DNA from: Chiloscyllium plagiosum
Lineage: Eukaryota
Direction of reading: 5' to 3'
Length of the DNA: 64,000 nt
NCBI RefSeq assembly: GCF_004010195.1
Contig: NC_057719.1
Coordinates: 56,684,606-56,748,605, forward strand
The notes under the pieces were generated by a model, which worked only from the letters and a program-made list of their open reading frames with translations, had not been told where the DNA came from and did no database searches. The translations under genes and the position numbers were made by a program. Shown here piece after piece: positions 12,461-24,470 of this stretch (the first letter of the stretch is position 1; every line of letters starts with the position of its first letter).

Positions 12461-13873
12461 ATGCCCAGAGGATTCCTAGTGAAAAGGAACAACAAATGGT
12501 CCCGGGTTTCATACAGGATTCGGGCTGAGGACGATCAACTACTTCAAGGCCACCCTCTGACAGTGGGCATGGGGCCAGCCGTGTGCCCGGACAGTCTTTT
12601 TGCCCAGTCAGGTTCCCAGAGCAGCGGCCCAGAGGGGTTTCACCACGGGATGACAGAGGATCAAGGCTTGGTGCCAGCCCAGGTCCAGAGAGAGCAGGCT
12701 GACACTGCTCTAGGCCGGGGCCTTACTGGGTGTCCTGCTGCCTCTTCCAGCCTGGTCACAGCCACCCACCTCAAACCAGAACCCTCTGCCTTGGACAGTA
12801 GCTGCCTCACCTCCTCCTCCTGCTCCTCATCCTCCGCAGCTGCTGCCGCCAGGCCGGGGGAGTGGTCCCTGCGGGCACCGGCAGAGGGTACCCGGCCTGG
12901 CAGCAATGACCCACACCCCCCAGCTTTACCGGGCACCAAGATAGCTGGCCCAGAGCCCGGGCGCTGCAAGTACAAGGTGCGCCCGAAGAAGCCCAAAGTC
13001 AGCAGGAAACCCCAGTTGCAGGACGAGGTCAGCACTTCCCCTGTGCTCGGTCTGAGAATTAAAGCGGACGCCAGCGACTGCAAAGCGGAGGCACCGTTAG
13101 CAAAGCCGCGGCTCCTGGCCGCCTACACCTGCCAGCTGTGCAGGGAGACCTACTCGGATCCCTTCTCGCTGGCCCAGCACAGATGCTCCAGGATAGTCCG
13201 GGTGGAATACCGCTGCCCCGACTGCCAGAAAGTCTTCAGCTGCCCGGCTAACCTGGCATCTCACCGCAGGTGGCACAGACCCCGCTCGGGAGGCGATGCG
13301 GCAGACCCTGCCAAGGAGGGGGCCAACTGGCCCGGAGCCCAGCCGCGGGTAGACCCAGAGAGCAAGGAGAACTCCTCGGGGGTGAGCGCCGGGGAGAGCC
13401 GCGGAGGCTTGCGGACCATGGACAGCTCCGCGCTGAGCTCCGAGCCGAGCGAGGCCCCAACCCCCGTCACCCCGAGCCGCCCCCAGCGCTTCGAGTGCCG
13501 CTTGTGCAGCAGGAGATTCCGGCGCCAGGCCTCCCTGGAGAAGCACCAGACCGGGCACCAGGCGGCCGGCTCCCCGGGCCACAGGCGCCTGCAGTGGCGC
13601 CGCCTCAGCTTCCCTTGCCCGCTGTGCAATGTGAACCTGCCGTCCGCCGACAGCCACAACAAGCACCTGCTCTGGCATGCGGTGACCCGCGGGGAGCCAA
13701 CCGAGCTGCCGGAGACTGCCGCCGGCACCGGGGGGCAGCTCCTCACCTGCAGACACTGCCCTTCGAGCTTCCTGAGCTCGGCCAGCTTGAGCAGGCACCT
13801 CACCAAGTCCCACCCGTCAGAGAACCGGCAGCTCCTCCTCCTCCTGCAGCTCGCCACCGGGCCAGGCTGCTAA
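12461..13873 (+). CDS. INSM2: Insulinoma-associated protein 2 (SNAG domain + five zinc fingers), intronless
   Basis: 470-aa ORF: SNAG MPRGFLVKR, DEVSTSPVLGLRIK, CQLCRETYSDPFSLAQHRCSRIVRVEYRCPDCQKVFSCPANLASHRRWH, three further C2H2 fingers and HPSENRQ...PGC end. Neighbour is RALGAPA1 (INSM1 is linked to RALGAPA2). Confidence 0.92.
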   Translation: MPRGFLVKRNNKWSRVSYRIRAEDDQLLQGHPLTVGMGPAVCPDSLFAQSGSQSSGPEGFHHGMTEDQGLVPAQVQREQADTALGRGLTGCPAASSSLVTATHLKPEPSALDSSCLTSSSCSSSSAAAAARPGEWSLRAPAEGTRPGSNDPHPPALPGTKIAGPEPGRCKYKVRPKKPKVSRKPQLQDEVSTSPVLGLRIKADASDCKAEAPLAKPRLLAAYTCQLCRETYSDPFSLAQHRCSRIVRVEYRCPDCQKVFSCPANLASHRRWHRPRSGGDAADPAKEGANWPGAQPRVDPESKENSSGVSAGESRGGLRTMDSSALSSEPSEAPTPVTPSRPQRFECRLCSRRFRRQASLEKHQTGHQAAGSPGHRRLQWRRLSFPCPLCNVNLPSADSHNKHLLWHAVTRGEPTELPETAAGTGGQLLTCRHCPSSFLSSASLSRHLTKSHPSENRQLLLLLQLATGPGC

Positions 13874-14384
13874 TGGCCTCCAGCCAGTGAGACCTCAGAA
13901 TCCAGAAGCAATGTCTTTATATAGAACACAGTAAGAGCGTGTACCACAGGGAGTGCTGAGGCCAGTAGTACAGACATGCTTAAGGAGGGGCTAGGAGGTT
14001 GGATTCATAAACATAGCTGAGGAAAGGTGAATAGGACAAGCAGGTTGGGTTGAGTGGACTGTTTTTATGTAGTGCGTTGTGTACTTCATTCTTTTCAAAA
14101 CATACCGCAAAAGACTCAAAATCATTTCTTACTCACTAAAGAAAATATGATCTTAAACGAGAACCTGCTCCGACTGCTGCCAAACTATTTATTCTGAGCA
14201 TCCGAATGAGTGACTTGTTTAGCAAATGTGCTGAATATAGACCACTTGTAAGGTGTGTTCACTATTCAGTGGTGGGTACTAGAGAGAAAATGTGGGTATA
14301 GTACAATGGCAATGGCACATGTTCTATCCATGTACTGGCTCTGGTAGTTCATGGAGACTTGCTTCTTTGTCTTGTCCAATACTT

Positions 14385-14572
14385 GATGTATAGTGATGCC
14401 TCAAGCTACAGTCAGAGACATTAGGGGCTTTTAAGCGACTGCTGGACAAGCACATGGACAGCAGTAAATTGAGGGGTGTGTAAGTTAGGTTGATCTGAGA
14501 TTAAGATAAATGCTCGGCACAACATCAGGGGCCAAAGGGCCTGTGCTGTGCTGTACTGTTCTATGTTCTATA
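14385..14572 (+). mobile_element. Short CR1-type 3' tail fragment downstream of INSM2
   Basis: ggcacaacatcaggggccaaagggcctgtgctgtgctgtactgttctatgttctat, typical CR1/SINE tail. Confidence 0.7.
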
Positions 14573-15384
14573 AACACTCAGGCTGTCTGTGACAGTGAAA
14601 TGCCAATGGTTTCTCACTGTCATGGAGAATGGCAGAAGATGATTGTCCTAAGTTGTTCACTCTAGCTCAGAGTGGATACATTTGCATAGGGACCTGTGCA
14701 GCAAGGAATTATTTATTAGAAGTTTAAAGGATTCCTACATGTGTCCATGCATCAGAACTTCTACGGTGTCCTGATATGCATCTTTTGTTGTATATCCAAT
14801 CTCTCACAATCTGGAACCTACACAATTTAGGCTAGATCTTTTTGATGTTCTGAATAACTAGTCGGGACTCTGGAACACAGACTCCTAATTGCCTCCTTGT
14901 AATGGGGAAAATATTCTGGAAAGCATAGAAAATATATGAAGATTTAGATATAAATTTGAATTTACTGTTTAGCAGAAGTCCATTTAATGAGCAAGGCACA
15001 CCATATATCCAAATACTCTTGTAGAATATACATAAATACATTTTTTCTTTCAAAGAATGCTTGCAAATGTGTTACTGGATATGCATACTGCAACAGCAGC
15101 ATCATTTTTGTCAAAGGTCATCATAAAATACAACATTTTGTAAGAGGGAGCCTTAATGCATCTATTTTAAAACTCAATACATTAATGTTGATGTATCTTT
15201 GTATTATTTGCCTTACATGTCTTGTACTACATTATGTAAATAATTGCAATTTTGTTTATTTTTTGTGGCCAATGTGGTAATGACTTATCAACATAGCTTT
15301 TCATGCAAGCAATATTTCTACCCTGCTAGCTATTTACTGTAATGTGTGCTAGGTAGTTCATATATGAAAATAATTCCTACTCTG

Positions 15385-16060
15385 ATTGTAAGTTTGCTCA
15401 CTGAGCTGGTAGGTTTGTTCTCAGACATTTCATCACCATGCTAGGTAACATCATCAGTGAGCCTCCATTGAAGCACTGGTGTTCTGTCCTGCTTTCTATT
15501 TATATGTCTTGGTCTGATATTGTGGGTGATGTCATGTCCGGCTCTTTTTCTCAGAGGTTGGTAAATGGCATTCAAATTGATGTGTTTATTGATGGAGTTC
15601 CAGTTTGAATGCCAGGTCTCTATGAATTCCCATGTGTGTCTCTGTTTAGCCTATCCTAGAATGGCCACCAGGATGCACGAACACCAACTAGCCACCAAAA
15701 GACATCACCAGTTATCACTAGTATCCTTACACACAGACGAAGAAGGACACCACCCATCCTAGGACAGGCTAAACAGAGACACACACGAGAATTTCTAGAG
15801 GCCTGGCATTCAAAGTGGAACGCCATCAATGAATACATCGATTTGAACCTCATTTACCAATCTCTGTGAAAAAGAGCCAGAAATGATGTCACCTACCGTA
15901 ACAGACCAAGACACGTAAATAGAAAGCAGGACAGAACACCAGTGCTTCAATAAGTGCTCACTGCTGATGTTACCTTGCATGGTGACAAAACGTCTGAGAA
16001 CAAACCTACTAGCACAGTGAGCAAATGTACAACTGAACTACAAATCTTCTTAAAAATCGC
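15385..16060. mobile_element. Penelope-like insertion with inverted terminal repeats and 17-bp target-site duplication
   Basis: ~280-bp imperfect inverted arms (15386-15663 vs 15755-16032) homologous to 6750-7070; direct repeat aaataattcctactctg at 15368-15384 and 16061-16077. Confidence 0.9.
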
Positions 16061-16124
16061 AAATAATTCCTACTCTGTAATTTCTTACCTGCTTAAGTCA
16101 TTTTGAGCTATTTTCATACACTTT

Positions 16125-16130
16125 AATAAA
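16125..16130 (+). terminator. Candidate INSM2 polyadenylation signal
   Basis: First canonical AATAAA I could find after the INSM2 stop; T-rich sequence follows at ~16200. Confidence 0.4.
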
Positions 16131-16674
16131 CTAAATTACTTGAAATAACTGTGCATTAGTTATGCTCAGAGTAATGAGCAATCAATATAATTTAACTTTA
16201 GGTTCTTTCTTTTTGTAAATTCACTTATAGTTTACTATCACATGTTTTCTGCAATTAACATGAAAACAGGTTAGCTTCTTGAGAAAGAGAAATATGAGAT
16301 GGCAGTATCTTATAAACTTAACTCATTAAGTGTAGATCTACTTTAATTAAAACATTAAAAAGGAACAAAATAGAAAACCAAAGTTTTCTACGCAGCTAGA
16401 AACTTGCTCATGGAACCTAAGTGATTGAAAATAGAATCAGAAAAAAAAATACAACTATGGTGGATGCTAAAAATCATAAATAAGAACAAAGGCTACTGAC
16501 ATTGCTCAACAGGGCCTGGCAGCAGGTGTTGGACAGAATGTTATTGACTAGACGAGAGCCCCCAAAGTATATTATGGAGATAGTCTAGAGCCTAACTTTT
16601 ATATATATTTTTAAAGACACTGTGTTCCAGATATGATTTGATTGGTCCACCACCAATAAAACACATTTAAAGTT

Positions 16675-19440
16675 ATAGAGTCATACAGCATGGAAACAGA
16701 CCTTCAGTCCAACCAGTTCATGTCAACCATGTTCCCAAACGAAACTAGTCCCACCTGCCTGCGTTTGGCACATATCGCTTCAAGCTTTCTTATTCATGAA
16801 CTTATCCAAATGTCTTTTAAACATTGTAACTATACCAGAATGCATCACTTCCTCTGGCAGCTCATTCCACACATGAACTACTATGTGTAATAATGTTGCC
16901 CCTCATGTCTTTTATAAAGCTTTCCCCTCTCACCTTAAAAATATGCTCCCTAGTTTTGAACTCACCTATCCTAGGGGAAAGACCCTGTCTTTCACTTTAT
17001 TTATGCCCCTCATGATTTTATAAACCTCAACGTGGTCACCCCTCAACCACCTATGATCCAGTGAAGAAAATCCCAGCCTGTCCAATCTATTGTTATAACT
17101 CAAATCCTCCATACCCATCAACATCCTGGTAAATCTCTTCTGAAATCTCTCCAACTTCATAATATATTTCCTATAACAGGGTGGCCAGAACTGCACACAA
17201 TACTCCAGAAGAAGCCTTACAACCTCAACATGACAATCCAACTCCTACACTCAAAGGTCCGAGCAATAAAGGCAAGGTGCTAAACGCCTTCTTAACAACC
17301 CTGTCTACCTGTGATACAAATTTCAAAGAATTATGTGCCTGAACCCGAAATCTTTCTGTTCTGCAACACTGCCTAAGACTCTATCATTAGTTGTATAAGT
17401 CCTGCCCTTCCTTGTATTAACAAGTTGCAATAGCTCACACTTATTCAAATTAAATTCCATCTGCCATTCCTCAGCTCATTGACCCAATTGATCGAGATCT
17501 CTTTGTAATCTTAAATAACCTTCTTCAATGTCCACTATACCACCAATTTTGGTGTCATCTGGAAACTTACTAACTATGCCTCCTATATTCTCATCCAAAT
17601 CATTTATTTAAATGACAAACAAAAGTGAACCCAATACTGAGCCCAGTGTGACATCACTGATTACAGGCTTCCAGTCCAAAAAAACAACCCTCCACCACCA
17701 CCCTCTGTCTGTTATTATCAAGACAATTTTATATTGAATTGGTCAGCTCCCATTGAATCTTGTGTAATCTAACTTTACTAATTAATCTATTATGCAGAAT
17801 CTTGTCAAAGGCTTTAGTAAAATCCAATTAAACAACATTTACCGCTTTGCCCTCATCAAGCATACATATATGCAGCACAGAAACAGATCTAACTTGTCCA
17901 TGCCAACCAGATATCCTAAATAAATCCAGTTCCATTTTTCAGCATTTGTCCCAAATCCCTCTAACCCTTCTTATTCATATAACCATCCCGATGTTTTGTA
18001 AATGTTATAATTGTTTCAATCTCCACCACTTCCTCTGGCAGCTCATTCCATACATGCACCACCCTCTGTGTGAAAAAGTCACTCCTTTGATCTCTTTTAA
18101 ATCTTCCCCTTTTACCCTAAACCTATGCCCTTTAGTTTTGAACTCCCCTACCTGGAGAAAATATCTTGTCTATGTACCCATCCATGCCCCTCCTGATTTT
18201 ATAACTTCTATAGATCATCCCTCAGCCTCTGATGCTCCAGGGAAAATAGCCCAATTCTATTCAGTCTCTCCCTATAGCTCAAACCTTCCAACTCTGGCAA
18301 CACTCTTATAAATCTTTTGTGAACCCTTTCAAGTTTCATAACATCTTTCCAATAGCAGGGAAACCAGAACTGCATGCAGTTTTCCAATAGTGGCCTAACC
18401 AATGTCCTACGCAGTCACAACTTGACCTCCAAATTCCTATACTCAATACAATAACCAATAAAGACAAGCATACCAAATGCCTTCTTCACTATCCTGTCTA
18501 ACTGCAACTCCACTTAGAAGGAAATATGAACTTGCAGTCCAGGGTTTCCTTGATCAGCAACACTCCTCAGGAACATACCATTAAGTGTATAAGTCCTACC
18601 CTGATTTGCCTTTCCAAAATGCAGCACCTCACACTTTTCTAAGTTAAACTCCATTTGCCACTTTTCGACCCATTGGGTCATCTGATCAAGATCCCATTGT
18701 AATCTGAGGTAACATTCTTCGCTGTCTACTACACCTCCAATTTTGGTGTCATCTGCAAACTCATTAACCATGCCTCCGATATTCCGATATAAATGACAAA
18801 TAGCAGTGGACTCAGCACTAACCCTTGTGGCACACTGCTGGTCACAGGCCTCCAATCTGAAAAGCAACCTTTCACCATCATTCTCTGTCTTCTACCTTTG
18901 AGCCAGTTCTGTATCCAAATAGGTAGTTCTCCCTGTATTCCATGTGATCTAACCTTGCTAACCAGTTTACTATGAGGAACCTAGTCAAATGCTTTACTGA
19001 AGTCTACATAGATCATGTCCACCATCTTACCCTCATCAATCCGCTTTGTTACTTCTTCAAAAAATTCAATCAAGTTAATGTGACATGATTTCCCACGCAC
19101 AAAGCCATATCGACTATCCCTAATCAGTCCTTACCCCTTTTCTTAAATAGTGGCACCACGTTAGCCAACCTCCAGTCTTCTGGCATCTCATCTGTGGTGA
19201 TCAAGGATACAAATATCTCAGCAAGGGGCCCAACAATCACTTTCCTAGCTTCCCATAGAGTTCTAGGATATATTTGATCCTTTTGGTTACTTCATTTAGA
19301 AAGCTCAATAAAGTTTGTGAGACACAATTTCCCTCACGTAAAACCATGTTGACTATTCCTAATCAGTCCCTGCCTCTCCAAATGTATATAAATCCTATTT
19401 GTCCAAATCACCTCCAACAACTTTCCCTCCACCGATGTCA
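16675..19440 (-). mobile_element. Two or more adjacent CR1/HER1-like LINE fragments
   Basis: Minus ORFs LLEYCVQFWPPCYRKYIMKLERFQKRFTRM and FADDTKIGGVVDSEE...WQMEFNLEKCEVLHFG; second 3' end begins ~17866. Confidence 0.9.
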
Positions 19441-19447
19441 GTCTTGA

Positions 19448-19750
19448 TTAGATTGGTGCTGGAAAAGCACAACAGGTCAGGCAGCATCCGAGGGGCAGGA
19501 AAATCGACGTTTCAGGCAAAAGCCCTTCATCAGGAATACTCCTCCATCAGAGTGGAGAGATAAAGGAGAGGAGGGTGGAGGTGGGGAGAAAGTGGCATAG
19601 AGTCAGGGCAGAGGAAATTACCTGGGAGTTGCAGTGGGAGAGGAGGAAAACTTCTTCAAGGCAGACATCCTTGCAAGAGGATTCACAGTAGGGTTAAAAT
19701 CAACTAGGTAAAACCCAAGGACTTTCTCCCCACTCCCACCCTCCTCTGCT
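19448..19750 (-). mobile_element. Penelope-like terminal repeat fragment with intact minimal hammerhead core
   Basis: Minus strand 19533-19506 reads CTGATGA-a-gggc-tttt-gcct-GAAAC-GTC. Confidence 0.75.
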
Positions 19751-20689
19751 ATTAGGCTGCTATCAAGGTGATCATTTCTTTCCTATTTCTAATTTCAACC
19801 CATATATTTTCAGTAAATGATCCCTCAGAAATATCTTCTCTAATTATTGTGGTAATATATGCCTTCACCAAAAATGCCACTTGCAGTCCTCTCTAGTTAA
19901 AATACAACAAAAAGAAGAACTGGCATAACTTTATTTCATCGAAATATTTAATAAGATAATGTATTATTTACCCACCAATCATCAACTGTTCTAATATAGG
20001 CAGCATCCCATATACACACCTTTGGCAAAAAATGCAATTCAGCATGATTCTCACTTGTTGTCTCTCTCCAGTCCAGAAGAAAGAACATTAAAAGAAGCAA
20101 TTGACACATTTTGATTTTTAAGAGGAAGCCTCTCTGTCTAAGACTTCACTCTAGTAGCAGAAAACATAGTTTTTAGCTCCAACAGCCAGCAAAAAGTCTT
20201 CTTGACAACTGAAAGCAAAATTAAGATCATTCCTGGGTCTATGTGAGCCCTGTTCACACTGACCCCCCATTCTTTTGACTTATTAAAAAATACATCTAGG
20301 CAGAACTCAAAGCTATTTACCAACTGCCTGTCTGAAGGAGACATTTTCAAACTATTGTGACAACACTCTGAAAGAGAAACTGGACAGGACACAGCTCTTG
20401 AAATGTAATAAGTCTTAGAAAACTAAGGGGATTGAGGGTCTGAAAAAGCACAAAAGAAAGATCTTTGATAGGAATTGAAGGCAGGAAAGATTGAATGTCA
20501 GAAGGTTTCATGGTGCAAGATCAAGAGAGTTGTGAAAAGGACAAGTAAAGAAACATCAGATGGATTTAGAGGAGCTGAGAATTGAAGGTTAATTGCCATT
20601 TAAACTGAAGTAAAGGAGATGAAAGAGAAACCAGAGATAAAAACAAATTAACACGAAAAGAAACAAAAGAAGGACAGAAGATATGATCT

Positions 20690-22120
20690 AAAATTCTGAA
20701 TATGACGTTAAATGCAGAAGAAGTGCCCAGTTGAAAGGTGAAGTGCTGTTCTGCAACTATGTGGCAAGCTTCACTGGACATGGTAGCAGGCCACAGACAG
20801 AAAGGACAGGCTTGAGAATTAAAATGGCAGCTGACTGGAAGCTCAGGATCAGGTACAGAGATTGAACAGAGGTATTCCATAAAGCTGTCACCGTGTCTAC
20901 TTCTGATATCTCCCATGTAGAGGAGACAATATTGTGAGCAGTGAATATACTATACTAAACTGAAAAAATGTACAAGTAAATCACTTGGAGGAGTTTCTGG
21001 GGTCGTAGATAATGGGAGGTAAAAAGGTAATCTTACATCTCTTATGCTTCCAAAGGTGCCGTAGGAAAGAAAGTACATATTGGAGGTGATGGATGAGTAC
21101 AGCAGGATGTCATGGGGATGGTGGGAGAAGTCACTTCAAAATGCTAAGGAGAGAGAAAAGAACATCTGGTGGGGCAGCAATCAAGGACATAGCAGAGTAT
21201 GGTGTGGTGTGAAAGAGCATGGTGATGTGAAAGATGTGGACAAGGGGATCCCTAATCAATATGTTTGCAGAGAGGGAAAGGGTGGGACAGGAGAGAATGA
21301 ATTAGAATGAGATTGTTGAGTTAACTGTCAACTACTGTTGGTGAGTGAGAGGAGTCCTTAGTTGAAGGGAAAGAAAAACCTATCAGAAGCAATGGAATGG
21401 AAGTTTGCATTGTCTGAACTGGGAGAATCCCTTACAGGAAATGAGAACTGTACTCAAGGCATCTGTGGGAGGCATGAGGTTCATCAAAGTTATTAGTTGA
21501 TAGCTTCTGCCTAGAAGTGAAGAGAGAAAAGTGCACTAAGAGAAGGGAAGAGTCAAGGATGGACCTTGTGGCAGTGAGAAGAGTGAGCATTGCAAGTAAA
21601 GTTGATGAAATGTTACAGTTCCAGCAGGAATAGGAAATGATGCAACACAGTTATTCATGAGAGATAAAGGAAGGGGCCAGGGTGAGACTAAAAGAACAAA
21701 TATGTCACATTTCTCATAAAAAGGCATGTTCTGCAGGACCCGTAATAACACCTTTTATTTTAAAGGATGTGAGCAGATTTAATGGACAAGTTCAATGTGC
21801 GAAGAATATCAGTCAGGCAGAGGAAGGTATTGGATGGGGGCTGTTTGGGGTTCATTCAATGGAGAAGTGGAGGGCCCACAGACAATCTTGGTGGTGATTG
21901 GTTCAATGTCTATTCTAAAAGGGTCAGAAACTGTTGAAGTGATTGAGGGCACCTGAAAAATCATGAGGGGAAGAGACTGGGCAATGCAGGAAAAAATAAC
22001 TGAGGTAAGAACAAATCAGTTTAGAGGGACATAAGTTGTTGAAATGATAGGCCTACCAGGGAAGTTCTGTTTGTGGATCTTGGGTAGAAGGTTCAAATGG
22101 GCTATTTGAGAATGGAGCTG
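20690..22120 (-). mobile_element. Decayed Penelope-like (Neptune-type) element with GIY-YIG remnant
   Basis: Minus reading VYYIHCSQYCLLYMGDIRSRHGDSFMEYLCSI...LPVSCHFNS resembles PLE endonuclease; upstream purine-rich decayed RT. Confidence 0.7.
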
Positions 22121-22149
22121 GGGTTGAAAGCCACAGAGTTCTAGTGTTT

Positions 22150-24000
22150 TTACAGCATGAAAAGAGGCCCTTCAGCCCATCAGGTAAGGTAAGTCATCAA
22201 ACATCCATCGACTTTAACTCCATTTTCCAGTGTAGCCTGTAGTCTTGTATGTTAAGGTATTTCAAGTACTCATCTAAATAATTTTTTATTGTCTTGAGGG
22301 TTCCTGCCTCTAGCACTCTTTTAGGCAGTGAGTCTAGATACCCACTGTCATCTTGTCAAAAAGTGTATTCTCAAATCCACTCTAACTCGCCTGCTTCTTA
22401 GCTGAAAACTGTGACCCCTGCTTATTGAACCCATCACAAAATGAAAAAGACTCCCCCTATTTACCCTGTCTATACCTCTCAGAACTTTGTACACCACAAT
22501 CAATGCCCTTCTCTGTTCAAAGGAAACAACCCCAGTGTATCTAGTCTCTCTTTGTAGCTGAATTGCTCCAATCACGGCAACATCCTTGTGAATCTCTTCT
22601 GCACACTGTCTAGTGCAACAACATTATATCTAAAATGTGACAACCAGAATGACACACAGGACTCAAGCTGTGGCCTAGCTATCATATATACAGCTTCACA
22701 TAACTTTTGTGCTCCTGTATTCATTGCCTTGACTAATAATGGCAAGTTTCTCATACACCTTCTTAACCACCTTAACTATCTGTGTTGCTGCCTTCAAGGA
22801 CCAATGGATGTGCACATCAAAGTCGCCCTGATACTCTGGACTTCCCAGAGTTCTATGATTCAGCATGAATTCCCTTGATTTGTTAGTACACCCAAAATAA
22901 TCACCTCACAATTTTCAGGACTAAATTTCATTTGCCACTGTTCAGCCCATCGATATTACCCAATTGTCTTAAGGTTTTCCTCATTGCTATTTATTATACC
23001 ACCAATTTTCATGTCAGCTTACAGAGCTTACAGATCATATTCTGTACATTCCTGTCTAGATCATTAATGTACATTACAAATAGCAAAGGACCCAGCACCA
23101 ACCCTCAAAGGTCACTGGGCATAGGCTTTCAGTCAGAAAAACACCCTTTGGCCAGCAGCCTCTATTTCCTGACACAAAGCTAGCCATTGTGTTTTCATCT
23201 GAGGGACGTTCAAAGATAACATCCCTCTTTACTACAGTAAATAACTTCTCAATGAGCATTGCAGCACCACTTCCTCTCTCGTGCTCCTACCACAGCCCCC
23301 CCCCACCCCACCTTGACTGTACTCTTGATGAGATTGACTTGGTCCTTCTTTCATACTGATCTGTACATTACCCTTTCTGTACCTCCACATTGCATTCTAC
23401 CCTCCCCCGCTGACAAATTAATTTTAACTCCTTCCAACTGCACTAGCAAATCTCTGCACAATGATGATCCCATTTAATTTCCAATGCAAACTGTGAGATT
23501 TGTAAATGTCTCACTTGCTACAAAAATGAATGCAGTGATCCAGAAATCTTAAGACCTTCTGCTCCAGCTCTTCAGCCATGCATTCAACTCTTCTATCTGC
23601 CTATTCCTATAATCACTCACAGGAGACACTGGGAATAATCCAGAGATTGCAACCTTGAGGCCATGCTACCTTGTACCCTAAATTCTTGTTGCAAGACCTC
23701 ATCCCTCTTTCTACTATGTCTCTGGTACCAATGTGTACCATGATCACTGACTGTTCATTCTCCTCCTTCAGAAAGTCCTGCAGTTGTTTAGTGATATCCT
23801 TGATTCTGGCCCCACACTATTAATTCTCCTAACACTACTGTGCTCCTTAAATTTCTGTCCCTCTCTTATGCAGCTGGGCTTTGACTGCACTCCCCAGAGG
23901 AACCCATCATACTCATTAATTTCCAGTACACAAATTTTTTCTTGAATGAGATGTACTCTGGGACTTTCTTGACTATATGCCTGCAACTCTTCTTCTGACT
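22150..24000 (-). mobile_element. Decayed CR1-like LINE fragments
   Basis: IARPQLESCVSFWLSHFRYNVVALDSVQKRFTRMLP and adjacent remnants. Confidence 0.75.
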
Positions 24001-24059
24001 GCCTCAGTGGCTATGTGTGTGTGGAGCTGGAGGACATTGCTAGCACACTCAGGAGGAGG

Positions 24060-24470
24060 AGAATTTGAGAAGAAGGAGTCTGAGGTTCTTGAGCAGATTG
24101 AATAAGAGAGTGAGGAAGTATTGAAGGTTTTGGTAGGCTTAAAAATGGATAAGTTCCCCAATCCAAATGAAATCTTTCGCAAACTATTGTGGGATATGAG
24201 GGAGGAAATTACAGAGACTTTGACCCAAATTCTAAATATCCTCTGGCCACAGAAGAAGTATGAGAAGACCAGAGGACAGCTACTGTGGTCCTACCTTTTA
24301 AAAAGGGTGGTAGGGATGGACCAAGGAATTGTAGATAAGTGAGATTCACATTAGTGAGAGAGAAACTATTGGAGAAAAGTTTGAAGGAGAGAATCAATCT
24401 CCACTTGGAGAAGCATGTTTGATCAGGGATAGTCAGGTAGTGTTGTCAGAGAGAGGTCATGCCTAACATT
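24060..24470 (+). mobile_element. CR1-like ORF2 internal fragment
   Basis: LKMDKFPNPNEIFRKLLWDMREEITETLTQI resembles the CR1 KSPGPD..HPR.LKE region. Confidence 0.75.

Noticed and set aside
12025..12495. 156-aa antisense ORF over the INSM2 promoter
   Set aside because: No recognisable homology; composition reflects promoter sequence.
12461..13873. Calling the gene INSM1
   Set aside because: The neighbouring exons match RALGAPA1 and the protein ends PGC, both favouring INSM2.
12661..13890. Long overlapping ORFs (238, 206, 198 and 140 aa) in other frames and strands
   Set aside because: Expected shadows of a very GC-rich CDS; no recognisable domains.
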